Source: Octopus sinensis (Eukaryota). Taken from it: DNA of 64,000 nt. Shown here piece after piece: positions 26,121 through 38,820 of this stretch (positions are counted from its first letter, which is position 1; each line of letters opens with the position of its first letter). Both the position numbers and the translations under genes were made by a program. The notes beneath the pieces were generated by a model. That model did no database searches, was not told where the DNA came from, and saw nothing but the letters and a program-made list of their open reading frames with translations. The stretch spans positions 80,290,001-80,354,000 of the forward strand of contig NC_043000.1 of assembly GCF_006345805.1 (NCBI RefSeq), read 5' to 3'.

Positions 26121-26544
26121 AGATCTCATACAAATACCAACGCTGAAACATAAGTTCAAAAGAAATGGAGGTAGAGAGATGTGTCACTGAAGAGTTTGCA
26201 ACATTGCAATGAAATAATTATTTGATTAAAAGAAAAAAGAAAAGACAACGCGATCATTAATGAACATTTGAACTATTGATTAACTGACCAAAGTGTTTAA
26301 CATATGAGTTAGAATAACTGGTAAAAGATGGCTAATCAATAAGTTTGTTAGTGGAATAACTAAACCTTAGCTGACAATGATAATAAAGGATTTGAACCAG
26401 TGTGTGTGTTCAAAGGTTCAATAGTATTCTTTTCAACACACGAATTCATACCAAGAATCTTGCAAACCAATACAAATACAAACTTCATACTTTTCTCTAA
26501 AATAACTCCACCATGTTTGCTGTAGCCCTTAAAATGTCCTTTCA

Positions 26545-27907
26545 CGTCAATGGTTGCACCCACCCTTTCCCACCCCAGCCAATAATATCGGAAATCTCTT
26601 TCTCTCTCACTCTTACCGGAAATCTCTTTCTCTCTCATTCTTACTGGAAATCTTTCTCTCTCACTCTTACTAGAAATCTCTTTCTCTCTCACTCTTACCA
26701 GAAATTGCTTTCTCTCTTATCAGAAATTGCTTTCTCTCTTACCAGAAACCTTTCTCGTACTGGACATCCAGTTGCCCTTCACCTCTCTCCTCCTCTGTTG
26801 GTAATCTTACTGCCCTCTTCTCTCTCTCCTTTCCCTATGTCTAGAATAACTAAACCAGATAGTAGCCCATTCACTTTTTAAAAAATTTATTTATTTATTT
26901 ACACATTTATATCTGCAGCATTAGTAACGCTTCACCCACAAGGCTCATAACACTTATATTTACAATGCCCCAACACTTTCATATACAATACTTCCTTACT
27001 CCCACCCCCATAGAGGTAACAACCGTAACAACTCTAACATGCTTGATTGACAGTAGGTTAAAAGCAAGAACAACTATTACGATGCCTGTTACCAAACTTT
27101 CACAGGAACCTTCTTTTCAGGTACTGAGTAACATCTCTCCTTCCTGTGTTACCTCCCATATTTCTTTCCCAGTTTTCAGAGTTGGCACTCTAAACGTAGG
27201 CACATTGAAAGGTATGTCTAGCAAGATTGTAAAGATGCTTGAACAGAGACGTATTGACGTATGTTGCGTACAAGAGGTAAGATGGAGAGGAGCTTCAGCC
27301 AGAGTCCTCACAGGCAAAGCACATAGGTATAAACTCTTCTGGGAAGGTAATAGTGATGGAATAGGAGGTGTGAGCATACTTCTTGCAGAGAAATAGGTGG
27401 ATAAGGTAATAGCAGTAGTGAGGATGTGTGATAGAGTACTCAAACTCAGTCTAATCTTGCAGAATGGTATAGCTACAATTATCTCTGCCTACACTCCACA
27501 AGCGGGCCTACCAAATGAACAGAAGGATCACTTTTATGATATTCTTCTGCAGGCTACCTTAAAGATGAGTGACAACGATCTCATCTTTGTGGCTGGAGAT
27601 TTAAATGGGCATGTTGGACAGCAATCTGATATCTTCCATGGTGTACATTGGGGGCCATGAAGTTGGTACCAGAAATGAAGAGGGAACTAGACTCATGGAG
27701 TTCTGTAATGCAAATAACATATTGATCTGTAACACCAGCTTCAGGAAGCCAGTTAGCCCCCTGAAGTATTTTGGATTGCAAGACAGTGTGTGAGAGAAAA
27801 CCATGATGTCATAGAAAAGGAATGTGTCTGCATGGATGATGGTGCCCTTGCGTTTAATGATTCTGCGAAGAAAGAGGCTTGGAGAAGCCATTATGAAAGA
27901 CTGTTGT
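26545..27907 (+). mobile_element. RTE-clade LINE copy 4 (5' region plus APE), internally deleted and 3'-truncated
   Basis: FPVFRVGTLNVGTL, VCCVQEVRW and AGDLNGHVG. After FRKP the sequence jumps to the ...ARQCVRENHD... region, which lies several hundred bp further on in copies 1 and 3. Confidence 0.9.
26590..26762 (+). repeat. Tandem array of ~7 units of 18-28 bp (GGAAATCTCTTTCTCTCTCACTCTTACC)
   Basis: Direct inspection. It lies in the 5' region of RTE copy 4. Confidence 0.85.
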
Positions 27908-28019
27908 TAAAGGTAAGTTACTTGAGGTTGTTGATTCTTTCATCCACCTTGGACGCTCTGTACAAAATGATGGAAATCTTGACACAGAAATACATCTGCA
28001 AATTCAAAGGGCAGCACAA

Positions 28020-28800
28020 GCATTTAGTGGTTTGGAGTGAGCATTTCACACCAATGACATATATATATATAGCAGCACAAAATTGGCTCTTTACAAATCA
28101 TTTTTCTTAGCATCCCTGTTGTATTCTTCTGAAACATGGACATGCTATAAAAGACATTTCAAATTGTTAGAACAATTCCACTAAAGCTGCCTTCATTGCA
28201 TTTTAAACATTAAATGGGGTTCTTTTACTCCAAACACATATGTCCTTGCGTCTGCAGGTATCACTTCAATTAAAGCAATAATTCTGAAAAACCATATGAG
28301 ATGGTTTGCCAATATTTTTCAAATAGCGGATGAATGCACACCCAAACAACTGTTTTATGGTGAGCTTGCAGAGGGGAAACGCTATCTGTGTACACCTAAA
28401 AAGAGGTTTAAAATACGGCATAAGGATTACCATGAAGTCACTTGGAATAGCTCCAGAGAAAATAGAAGTCTTTGCTTTGGATTAAGCTGGATGGCAAGCA
28501 AAAGTGTGGAATGGAGTGAAAGCAGTTGAGGAGGCCAGGATAACACATACAAGACTCAAGGGAGATTTAAAGAAGAATGTTATGATCGAGAAGATAAATC
28601 ACAATGCCCCTTTTGTGTGCATGGTTTGTGAAAGACCATGCTCAAATCTCAAATCTCATTTGCAGACCCATGTAAAACAAAACTCCAACTATTTTGCCTA
28701 TATCTGTGCACACCTTTCAATGCTATATATGCCTTAAGGTCTGCATATCTAACAGAGGCCTCAAAAGACATTTTAAGATCCACAAAGATCAGAACTTAAC
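28020..28800 (+). mobile_element. RTE (BovB-like) 3' remnant with C2H2-type zinc finger
   Basis: SSETWTCYKRHFKLLEQFH..CL..ILNIKW, PKQLFYGELAEGKR, and CMVCERPCSNLKSHLQTH. Confidence 0.8.
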
Positions 28801-28971
28801 TGTAGCTCTTGGTGGTCCAAATCAGATATGCAATCTATGAGGGTATCTTTACAATAAATTGTCTGGTTTAAAAAGCCACATCAGACGCCATGATGGATCT
28901 AAGGAGGTGATCAGATTCTGCATAAGGAGTAGACAACCACCATATATACATATATATATATATATATATAT

Positions 28972-29954
28972 GTCGGTCGGACAGATTCCGGATGCACCAC
29001 CGACATAGCTCTACTGTTATCACCCATACAAGTGCCAGTCGAGAAGCAAGTGAAGCAAGGAGATACAATCTCCCCAAAACTTTTCACTGCATGTCTCGAA
29101 CAGATCATCAGAGGCATCGAATGGCAAGGTAGTGTCAACATCAATGGCGAGCTCCTCACTTACCTCCATTTCGCTGATGACATCGTACTCATCGCTGAAA
29201 ACATGGATCAGCTTCAGACCATGCTGACGGAGCTCGACATCAAAAGTTCTGCAGTAGGTCTCAAGATGAACCGCATGAAAACAAAGTTCATGCGGTCAGA
29301 CAACGTACCAATAGGTCGAATGGTGATCGGCAGTGATGAAATAGAGGAAGTGAGAGAATATGTCTACCTGGGACAGGAAGTAAATATGTGCCGGGATATC
29401 AAAAAGGAGATCTCACGGGGAGTAAGGGTCGGATGGAAGGCGTTCAATGGCATAAGGGATGTGCTCAAGGGAAGGTTGGACAGGACCACCCGCGCCAACC
29501 TCATTAACAGTGCAGTTCTGCCTGCAATGTTATATGGTAGTGAAACATGGGCTACCACAAAGAGAGAAGAGCAAAGACTGATAACGGCTCAAAGAGCCAT
29601 AGAAAGGTCAATGCTTGGTATCTCGTTGAGAGAGCACATAAATAGCAACATCATCAGAAAGAAGTCCGGTGTGAGAGATGTCATCGCAGAGTATACTCGC
29701 AGCAAGTATAGATGGGCTGGACACGTCACCTGGCTCACCGATAATCGGTGGACGCACGCAGTTGCCGAATGGTACCCACGTGAGCGGAAAAGACCACCCA
29801 GAAGACCTCCACGGCAGTGAAGTGACGATTTCAAGAGGATGATTGGGATCATGTGGATGAGAAAGGTGCGATCCCGAGTGGAGTGGACAGCGTGCTGTGA
29901 CCAGCGGTGTCAAATGGATGCCTGACGGACTGGTCCGTCAAAGTGATCAAAGTG

Positions 29955-29956
<2 letters not shown>
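28972..29956 (+). mobile_element. Second RTE family (RTE-1-like), 5'-truncated, inserted in (TA)n
   Basis: Open frame 29032-29820: KQGDTISPKLF, FADD, YVYLG, LYGSETW, WAGH, RPPR. 3' hairpin tgacggac-tg-gtccgtca and (CAAAGTGAT)2 tail. (TA)n flanks. Confidence 0.92.
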
Positions 29957-29985
<29 letters not shown>

Positions 29986-30619
29986 AGCACACACAGATAG
30001 ATAGATAGATAGATAGATCTAAATATACATTCATATATACATGCATTCCAAAATTTACAATCACTTGATTTTTATGTTGGAGTTGTTGCCATTGCTTGTT
30101 TTCAAGCAATTTTTGTGATGTGTTTTTGTCTGAATAACCTCCATTTATCACTATATTTTATATAGGAGACACTGCCATAATATAAAAAAAACAACTCAAA
30201 TACTCCTGAGTTGTTTTCCCCTCATGCATCTTGTTGATATCCATCACCAGTATCACTACCTTTCCTATAGTTCTATTTATATATATTGGTTGTCTTGTAG
30301 TCTTGACAACTGAATAAAACATGCTTTGCTGATGAGCACTAATATGACTGAAATATGTCAATACTTCTGCCATTTGGCTGTAAAGACTTACATCTACGAG
30401 CTCTTTAATTTGCAAATATTTCAATTAGCAGATTTTACTGGAGTTGTCTCCCTTGCGCAGTCTTTTTAGATTTCATATATCTCATGGGCTAGTTATTTTC
30501 ATCTATTACCTGCTTGAGTTATCTCAGTTAATTGACATTTTTCAACTCATATTATCACAGAGTTGAGGCTCTATCATACATATCTATGCACTAATATAGA
30601 CTAATATAATATATTTGCT

Positions 30620-31032
30620 TGTGTGTATGTACTGATGTATGTATGTATGTATGTATGTATGTATGTATGTATGTATGTATGTATATATGTATGTATGTAT
30701 GTATGGATGGATGGATGGATGGATGGATGTATGTATGGGTGGATGGATGGATGGGTGTAGGTATGGATGTATGCATGCATTTATGTATGTATGTTTGTTC
30801 ATACACACATGCATGTACATATGCACACACACATACACACACATACATACATGCATCCATATCTATATCTATTTATCTACCAAGCTCTCTTTCTCTCTCT
30901 CTCTTTCCATATTATATACATATATATAAATATATATATATAATATGTACACACATATGTATATATATATATAAATATGCAAATATTTATATATGTATAT
31001 GTATATATTCATTTGTTTATATACATACACAC

Positions 31033-31076
<44 letters not shown>

Positions 31077-31100
31077 CTTCCTGTATGCATATCTAAATAT
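30620..31100. repeat. (TATG)n/(GATG)n/(TA)n microsatellite cluster
   Basis: Direct inspection. Confidence 0.9.
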
Positions 31101-31979
31101 GCACACATGTGAGTGTGTTTGTATGTGTAAATTTGTATGTATTAGTTTCGGCTTTTATCAACACATGCAGAGCAAATAAGATTTATGAAGATATAAAGGT
31201 CAAATCATGGAAGACATTATGTATATGTAGCTTCATCATTACTGACAACTTAACAGGAAAGATGAACAAAATGGAAAAATAAAACAAGAAAAAGAGCCTT
31301 CTTCTCAGAGAAGCCTAATATTGCTTAATAATGATTTCTAGCTATGCAGTTGTATATTCTAATGTCTAGACATCACTCCAGTATCTTCCTATAGTATCCT
31401 GATTAGCATTAATATTGAACACATTACTACAGAGTTTAATAACCGCTGTGAACTGTTTGATTTTCATCAGTTCATTTGAACGCTGTCGTATGTACATTTA
31501 AGTCTATGTCAAAATCGCTGCTAGTATTATTTCTTGCTGACTCTTGTAAAAGTTAATTTCACTGTGATATGTGTAAGAAGATCGTTTTGTAATCAAAAAT
31601 TCTCAGGTTCAATCCCATTGTATGATACCCTGGGCAAATGTCTTCTACAATAACTTTTGATCAACCCAAAACTGTATGAATGAAACTATTTGGACAAAGA
31701 CTGTGTGGAAGCTTTTCTCATGAACTGTATCTGTATTCCTAATGGCCTACCTTGTCAAATATTAAATGTGTGTGGTGCTGGTCTTCAGCCTGTCAGTGAA
31801 GTGCATGTACAAATGTGTGTGAATATATGTATGTCTGCATGTTCTTCTCTTTCTCTTTTTACTTTAGAATAAATTTTGATTGGACCCCTACAATCATAGC
31901 AAGTTTATGAAAGGACATATTTTGCTTTCTTCATCATCCTTTAAATCTTAAGGTCTTGCAGATTTTTATAGTCTCAGAT

Positions 31980-34080
31980 ATTGTAATAATGTGTAGCATA
32001 TGAAATGAAAATTTGCATTCCCCCTGCAAGATCCCAAGTTCTCCCATACTTGGCTCCAGATAGGGTTTGTATGTATCCTGTTGATCCAATAATAACTGCT
32101 ATGAAGCTGAAAGTGTATCTTGGGTACTGGATTTGCAAACTCCTTATCAATGATCCAGGGGCATCCTCATCCTCCTGTATTTTTTAAACCCATTGGTGTC
32201 CAGAGGGCAGCTTGGTTCCACACAACAATATCTGGCCAGTTGTGTTTTAATTTGGTGGATGTTTCAATTTTTAAATTCCACCATTATTTTTTCAACCCCT
32301 TAATCTCAATATGGTCAACTTCGTCTATAGGTGTTTTCATTTTGTTATCGTGTTTCAGACTATTCTAGCCACTGCATCATGCCTCTATGTAGTTGGCAAT
32401 AATGTGGCTGATGTTTTCAGTCTTAACCTTACACAGTCTACAGTCAACATTTTGTCTTTTATGTGGTAAGTACTTGGTGAGGATGTCTTATTTGTGAATT
32501 GCATGAAGGTAACCTTTGAAGTGGGAGGTCATAAACTTGCCAGTACTCCATGCCAAGCTTTTGACATGATCAGTCCTTTCAACGGTTTCTGATTTTTGTT
32601 CCTAGTATCCATGTATTATCTTCTCAGTGAATTGGTTCATCTTCTTTATTCTGTTCTGATACACAGATTTTACCAATGTTCCTTGGGGAGAAATTTGTAT
32701 CAGTTCTTATTTTATACCTCTCCTCAGGTTCACTAGCTTTACTGATTATGTTGTTGATTTCATGATCACAAACTTGGGCAACATAGTGACTGGTTTTTTT
32801 CTCTGCCACAGAGTTGTTTTAGTGTCACAATACATGCTTCATATGACATTAATGCAGATTTGAGGCCACAGCCACCTTCCTTGCATGGGAAGTATAACCT
32901 CTCTATATTTCCACTGATGTTGAAGTTTCTTGTAATACTGAACAGCTTGCGAGTCTGGACATCTATTTCTTTGAGTCCTTGTAGTGACCAGTTCAGAAAG
33001 CCAAATGCATGTGTGAGGACAGGCACTGCAAAAGTGTTGTGGGTTGTTATGAGGTCCAGCCCTAGAGATTTCTGGTTTGACATTTTCTGTAGAATAGTTT
33101 CTATTATGTTGCCATCTTGCTCCAGTTCTTTTAGCCATACAGCTTATTTGCTGAATTCACCATTTGCTTCCCATACCGATTTCCAAGAATTACCAACTTG
33201 ATCTTTTGTTGGGGTGTCTTTTACAGAGATTGAGTCTTTATCATTGAAGCTGTGATAAACTGACTTGGGATCCCTGGCAAATAATTTATTGAGCATTTGC
33301 TGTTTATATGCCTTAGGTTTATATTTTAGTTTTTGCAGCTGTAGCTGAGCCATTATTCCAGCTGGTGCAGGTTAAAGTATAGGTTTTCAAGTCCTGTATC
33401 ACCAAATTACCTCTCAATTTTTTTCCTGGGGTCTTCTTGATATTGTGTGAAGTTGTTCTCTGTGTTACATTTCATAACAATAATGATCTGTGAGATACTT
33501 TTTGCAGAAGTAAAATTTTTTATTTTTAAAGTTATGTACTTATGCTGGCCAAGATTTTCTACTGGAATCTCATTTGCATGGCTTCAGCCATTTGCAATAT
33601 GTAAGTCATGTAATAGCTGAGGCATATATTGAAAGGTTAATAGTTTTGTAGATTTTTCATACTTCTGGGCTGTGTGCTCTTCAGATATTTCTTTCCGATT
33701 TTGTTTACTGCTACTAATTCTGATTTACTGGGTTCTTTACTTATACTGGTCATTCAAATTAAGGTTGTAAACCTGTTGAAACATATCATCTCAGATCACT
33801 TGTAAGGTGTCAATAACTTGTTAGGTGTTCACAAGTTTTTAGTGTTCTGTTTATACAGCTTAGGTATGGATTTCAACTAAATTGTTGGTGTGCTGTTTAC
33901 TGCTAGATTTAGATGACCATTCTGTCAGTCCTTCAGTGGAAATGGGATGAACATCTGGTTATCTTCAGTGGCTGGCTGTATAGTGTCAGCCTGCTTTGAA
34001 TCAGACATTTCCGTTAGATGTATTAATTTACATCTAATGAGACGTCTTACTTGTTCATCTCTCTTCACTTCATTTTTTCA
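31980..34080 (-). mobile_element. R4/Dong-like non-LTR remnant lacking the RT core
   Basis: KLF..DPKSVY...WKSVW (pre-RT) is followed almost directly by HNTFAVPVL...NW...IERLY.P.KEGG.GL (post-RT). Then WWNLKI..KLKHNWPDIVVW and YP.YTF.FIAVIIGSTG (REL endonuclease). Confidence 0.75.
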
Positions 34081-34499
34081 CTGTTAAAAGAAAAAGTAAT
34101 TGATTGTCTTTAATTTTGATTTTTAAAAGACTTTAGACAAACTAATTTTATAATCCCAAGTTATACCATGCTGAAGAGCCCAGAACAAGGGCAAAGCTAT
34201 CCGTAACTAGTGGAAAGTTTAATAAAAGAAGTGGAAATAATGTATGCTCTTTTCATCTTATCACTCTTTGATAATGATTTCTTGACATTAGGAAAAGAAA
34301 AGAAACTTATGTAGTACACTCTCTCATTGTTCTTATCTTTCTCTCTCCCTTTCCCTATAAGAAGTAGTTCCCATTGAGACAACCATGAGAAAAATCTAAT
34401 TCTGGGTGTTTGTAGTTCCACAAATTTTGTAGCCTTTGCATAAAACTGAAGTTTTAGGGGTCATATAGTATATATGTTTCATATAAATCTTTGTTAACA

Positions 34500-34866
34500 T
34501 CCTAGATCCATTGTATTCACATGGTTCTGGGTTCAGTCCCAATGCGTTGCACCTTAGGCAAGTGTCTTCTACTATAGCCTCGGGCTGACCAAAGAGCCTT
34601 GTGAGTGGATCTGGTTGACAGAAACTGAACAAAGCCCATCGTATATATATATATATATATGTATGTGTATATGTTTGTGTGTCTGTGTTTGTCCCCCCAA
34701 CATCACTTGACAACCGATGCGGGTGTGTTTACATCCCCATAACTTAGCAGTTTGGCAAAAGAGACCGATAGAACAAGAACTAGGTTTACAAAGTCGATTT
34801 GCTCGACTAAAGGCGGTGCTCCAGCATGGCCACAATCAAATGACTGAAACAAGTAAAAGAGTAAAA
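34500..34866 (+). mobile_element. SINE family A
   Basis: Same head, body and tail as 5897-6390. Confidence 0.85.
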
Positions 34867-35180
34867 TAGATAATGATCTTTAAAAGTTTTAATAAAGTTT
34901 AGAATTAAATTTAAAGTTGTTCACAGCTTGTGTAATCTTTCCTTTCAGGTTGTTTTTAATTCTCACAATTGTATTTCAACATACATAATGAACTGTATTT
35001 TTTTTTTTTTGTGAATTGTTTTGAAACATAACTTGGCTTATTTCTTTATATGTGTAATGTTACAGTGCTGTGTTTATGTAAATTTGTTAAGTAGCATGTA
35101 TGATCTACATAGATATGCTGCATAGGTATGCATGTATGTATGTATGTATGTATGTATGTATGTATGTATGTATGTATGTA

Positions 35181-35322
35181 TGCATGTGAAAGGAGGGAGA
35201 GCAGGAGTAGAGAGGGGGAGATGGGGAGAGATGGGAGAGGGGATGCATGTGAAAGGAGGGAGAGCAGGAGTAGAGAGGGGGAGATGGGGAGAGATGGGAG
35301 AGGGGAGAGAAGGGAGGGAGGA

Positions 35323-35370
<48 letters not shown>
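35181..35370 (+). repeat. Duplicated ~51-bp purine unit followed by (GAAA)n
   Basis: gcatgtgaaaggagggagagcaggagtagagagggggagatggggagagatgggagaggg occurs twice. Confidence 0.85.
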
Positions 35371-35929
35371 GTGTATGTGACAGAAATGAAGTGATGCACA
35401 TTCTTCTTTTGATATATCTAGGAAAGTCCCATTATAAATTTCACTTCATCACTTTCATAGGCTTTTATACCTGTTTCCCTCCCAAATAATCATTGTTCTT
35501 TTCTGTGTATGCAAATTCCAGAAATTCCTGAGCTTACAGTAGTCTTATCATGTCCAAGCTTTTAGTACTCATTTTGAACCGAGCTATAGTCTCATCTGTA
35601 ATGTCAGACATTCTACTTTTGGAGGAATAGTTCTCATTACCCATTATTCTCTTGGTCCAATTTAGGAATAAAACCATCTGTCTCTGTGTTGCTAAAATCA
35701 TTCCCTCAGTCTTTATTCACCATTCTTTTCTTTAACTAAAGTCAGCTGCGCTTGTCGTCTGTTATTTCTTTCATCTATTAGAAAAATACTGATCGGAACT
35801 ACTTCAGTGTTTATCATTTTGTTTCCCACATTTTCCTTTTCAAATCCTTTGTCCTCTATATACTCTGTAAATGATCCTTCTAAAGAATAATTTCTTTCTC
35901 TTCTAGGTATTATTATTATTATTATCACT

Positions 35930-36610
35930 TTTAGGCAGCAGGCTGGCAGAATCATTAGCATATTGAACAAAATGCTTAGTGACATTTTGTCTGTCTTTAC
36001 TTTCTGAGTTCAAATTCCACTGATGTTGACTTTTCCTTTCATCCTTTTGGGGTCAATAAAATAAGTACCAGTTGTGTACTGGGATTGATGTAATTGACTT
36101 ACTCCCTTTCCTGAAATTGCTGGCTTTGTGCCAAAAATTTGAAATCATTACTTTTATTATTGTTAAGGCAGCAAACTGGCAGAGCCACTGACATGCTAGG
36201 CAAAATGTCCAGTGGCATTTCATAAGTCTTTATATTCTGAGTTCAATTTCCGCCAAGCTCTACTTTGCTTTCATCCTTTTGGGGTCAATAAAATAAGTAC
36301 CAGTCAAGAACTGGGGTCGATGTAATCAACTAGTCCCCTACCACAAAGTTTCAGGTTGTGTGCTTATAGTAGAAAAGACTATTATCATTATTATTAAGGT
36401 GGTAAGCTGGCAGAATTGTTAGCACTCCATGCAAAATTCTCAGCAAGAATTTTGCCTGTCTTTATGTTCTGGATTCGAATTCTACCAAGGTCAACTTTGC
36501 CTTGCATCCTTTCAGGGTCAATGAAATAAGAACCAGTTGAACACTGGCTTCAATGTAATCAACTGCTTCTACCCCAACATTTCAGGCCTGTTCCAACAGT
36601 AGAAAGGATT
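35930..36610 (+). mobile_element. Three head-to-tail SINE family B copies
   Basis: Units start near 35930, 36165 and 36395. Each begins ctggcaga and follows an (ATT)n-like spacer. Confidence 0.85.
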
Positions 36611-37174
36611 ATTATCATCATCATCAATAATATCAATATGCTAACTTTGCTTTTTTACATACATATGTACGTACATGTGGTGTGTGTTACACTTACTTCA
36701 AAGGAAGAGGTAAAAAGATTGATGGGAGAGATAGAGAGAAAAAGGGAAATAAAAGTTGTTAAGCAGAGGAGGTATAGTTGAAGTGTGTGGCAAAGTGGGA
36801 GACAGGAGAGACAGAGAAGAAGTGAGAGAGAAAGAGAGAAATTGAGACACAGTGAGTAGTGACTGAAAGGAAGGTGGCGTTCCTTTTTTGTTTTTAAATG
36901 TTTATCAGCATTTTTAGAATAGATTGATGCATACATACAAAGAAAAGTAGATACATACATAGATACATACACACATTGTTAAATTAACAGTGAGAGAGAG
37001 GAGGGACAGAGAGGAAGTGAGACAAGAGAGAGAGAGAGAGATTGTAAGAGAGACAGTGAGTAGTAGCTGAAAAGAAAAGAAAAGTAGGTACATAAATACA
37101 TAGATACATAGACACATTGTTAAATCAAAGACAAATAACTACAGCAAATATTGGATGTCACTTCTACTTTTCAT

Positions 37175-37970
37175 TACCACATGAGGATAAAATTAACGCA
37201 CAAGTGGCTGAGTATTCCACAGAAATGCATACCATTAACGTAGTTCTCAGGAAGATTCAGCCTCACACAGAGTGTGACAATGCTGGTCTCTTTGAATTAC
37301 AACTACGACTCATTTTGGCCAGCTGAGTGGACAGGAGCAAGATAATCCTTCAAGTGGTTGGAAGAAAATGAAAAAGATCCTATATAGGGGCAAGAAAATC
37401 TTTTTTAATTGTTAGGGTCACTATGGGTGTTAGTCCAGTCTTAACAGCAGCATTTGTGGGTCTCACAGACCTGGAGGCCAAACCCCCAGATAAACACCAA
37501 TGCACAGGGTGTTGTTATGAAACTGAGCTTGAGATAAGGGTGAAGTCACTACATGATGGAATAGCAATTTTATTGTCTTAGCTTTCACTGCTTATACTAA
37601 ACACATGACATACAATATGAAACATTTCTTTTTCTTTCATTTTTTTCCAAAAATAACACTCCATTGGTTACAACAATGAGGTTCCTGTTTATCTGATCAA
37701 CGAAACAGTCTGCTCATAAAATTAATGTATAAGTGACTGAGTACTCCACAGACATGCATGCCATTAATGTAGTTCTCAGGAAAATTCAGCCTCACACAGA
37801 ATGCGATAAGGCTGGCTCCATTGAATTACAGCTAGAACTCATTTTTGTCAGCTGAGTGGACGGCAGCAAGGTGAAGTAGAGTGCCTTGCTCAAGAACACA
37901 GTGTGCCATTGGGAATTGTACTCATGACTTTACGATCATGGGCCGAATACCCCTAACCACTGAGCCATGC
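37175..37970 (-). mobile_element. SINE family C: one partial (37175-37340) and one near-complete (37680-37970) copy
   Basis: Minus strand: ggctcagtggttagg head, cttgagcaaggcact, ccactcagctg...aaaatgag, gaattacag body shared between copies. Confidence 0.75.
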
Positions 37971-38496
37971 ACTTTCACTCTCTTAACCATAGAGAAAAGG
38001 AGTGAAGCAATAGGGACAGGGAAAGGAAAGCCTCAGTCATTTAAAATGACAATCAGACTTAAATATGATCAATCTTTTTCTAGCTTCTTGACTTGTAACA
38101 ATGAAGAAGGGGGAAAGAGATTTAGTAACAAATAGAGGGTAAGACTTTCACGTGTTTAGGTTTTCTTTCTGGGAGTTCTAGAAGGATCAAGTGTTAGTTC
38201 TCTCTTCTTTCCCCCACCCCCGGTACGTATTTGCCTTGTTTGATAGTTTTTTATATCTTTTTGTTGGCTGGAAAAGCAATGATTTTTTTCAGGCATGTTT
38301 AACATTTTCTCTACAAACTACAAAGAAGCCCCCCCCCCCTACTTCCACTTTTTATTTTCATACAAAAACTAATACAAATTTTGAATGGGGTGTAGCTGCG
38401 AAAAAAACCCAGAAAAATGGCTAATACCCCTACAAAATGGGTGGGGCAGAAAAGTTGCCAACAGATGGCTACACAGAATTCAACTCTATACTTTAT

Positions 38497-38820
38497 AGAG
38501 TGTCTTCTACTGTAGCCTCAGGTTGACTAAAGCTTTGTGAGTGGATTTGGTAGGTAGAAGCTGAAAGAAGCACGTCATGTATGTGTGTGTGTGTGTTTGT
38601 GTGCGTATGTGTGTATTTGTATCTGTGTTTGTACTCCCACCTCCATTGCTTGACAACTGATGTTGGTGTGTTTGCATCCCTGTAACATAGCAGTTCAGCA
38701 TAAAAGACTAATAGAATAAGCAACAGGCTTACAGAGAACAATTTAAGGAGTCGATTTCTTCGACTAAAGGGAGGTGCTCCAGCATGGCCACAGTCAAATG
38801 ACTAAAACAAGCAAAAGAAT
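38497..38820 (+). mobile_element. SINE family A, 5'-truncated
   Basis: Body and tail match the other A copies. Confidence 0.8.

Noticed and set aside
30329-30362. CTGATGA-gcac-taatat-gact-GAAA hammerhead-like string, possibly a Penelope relic
   Set aside because: Stem II is mispaired and stem I/III geometry does not fit; too degenerate to call.
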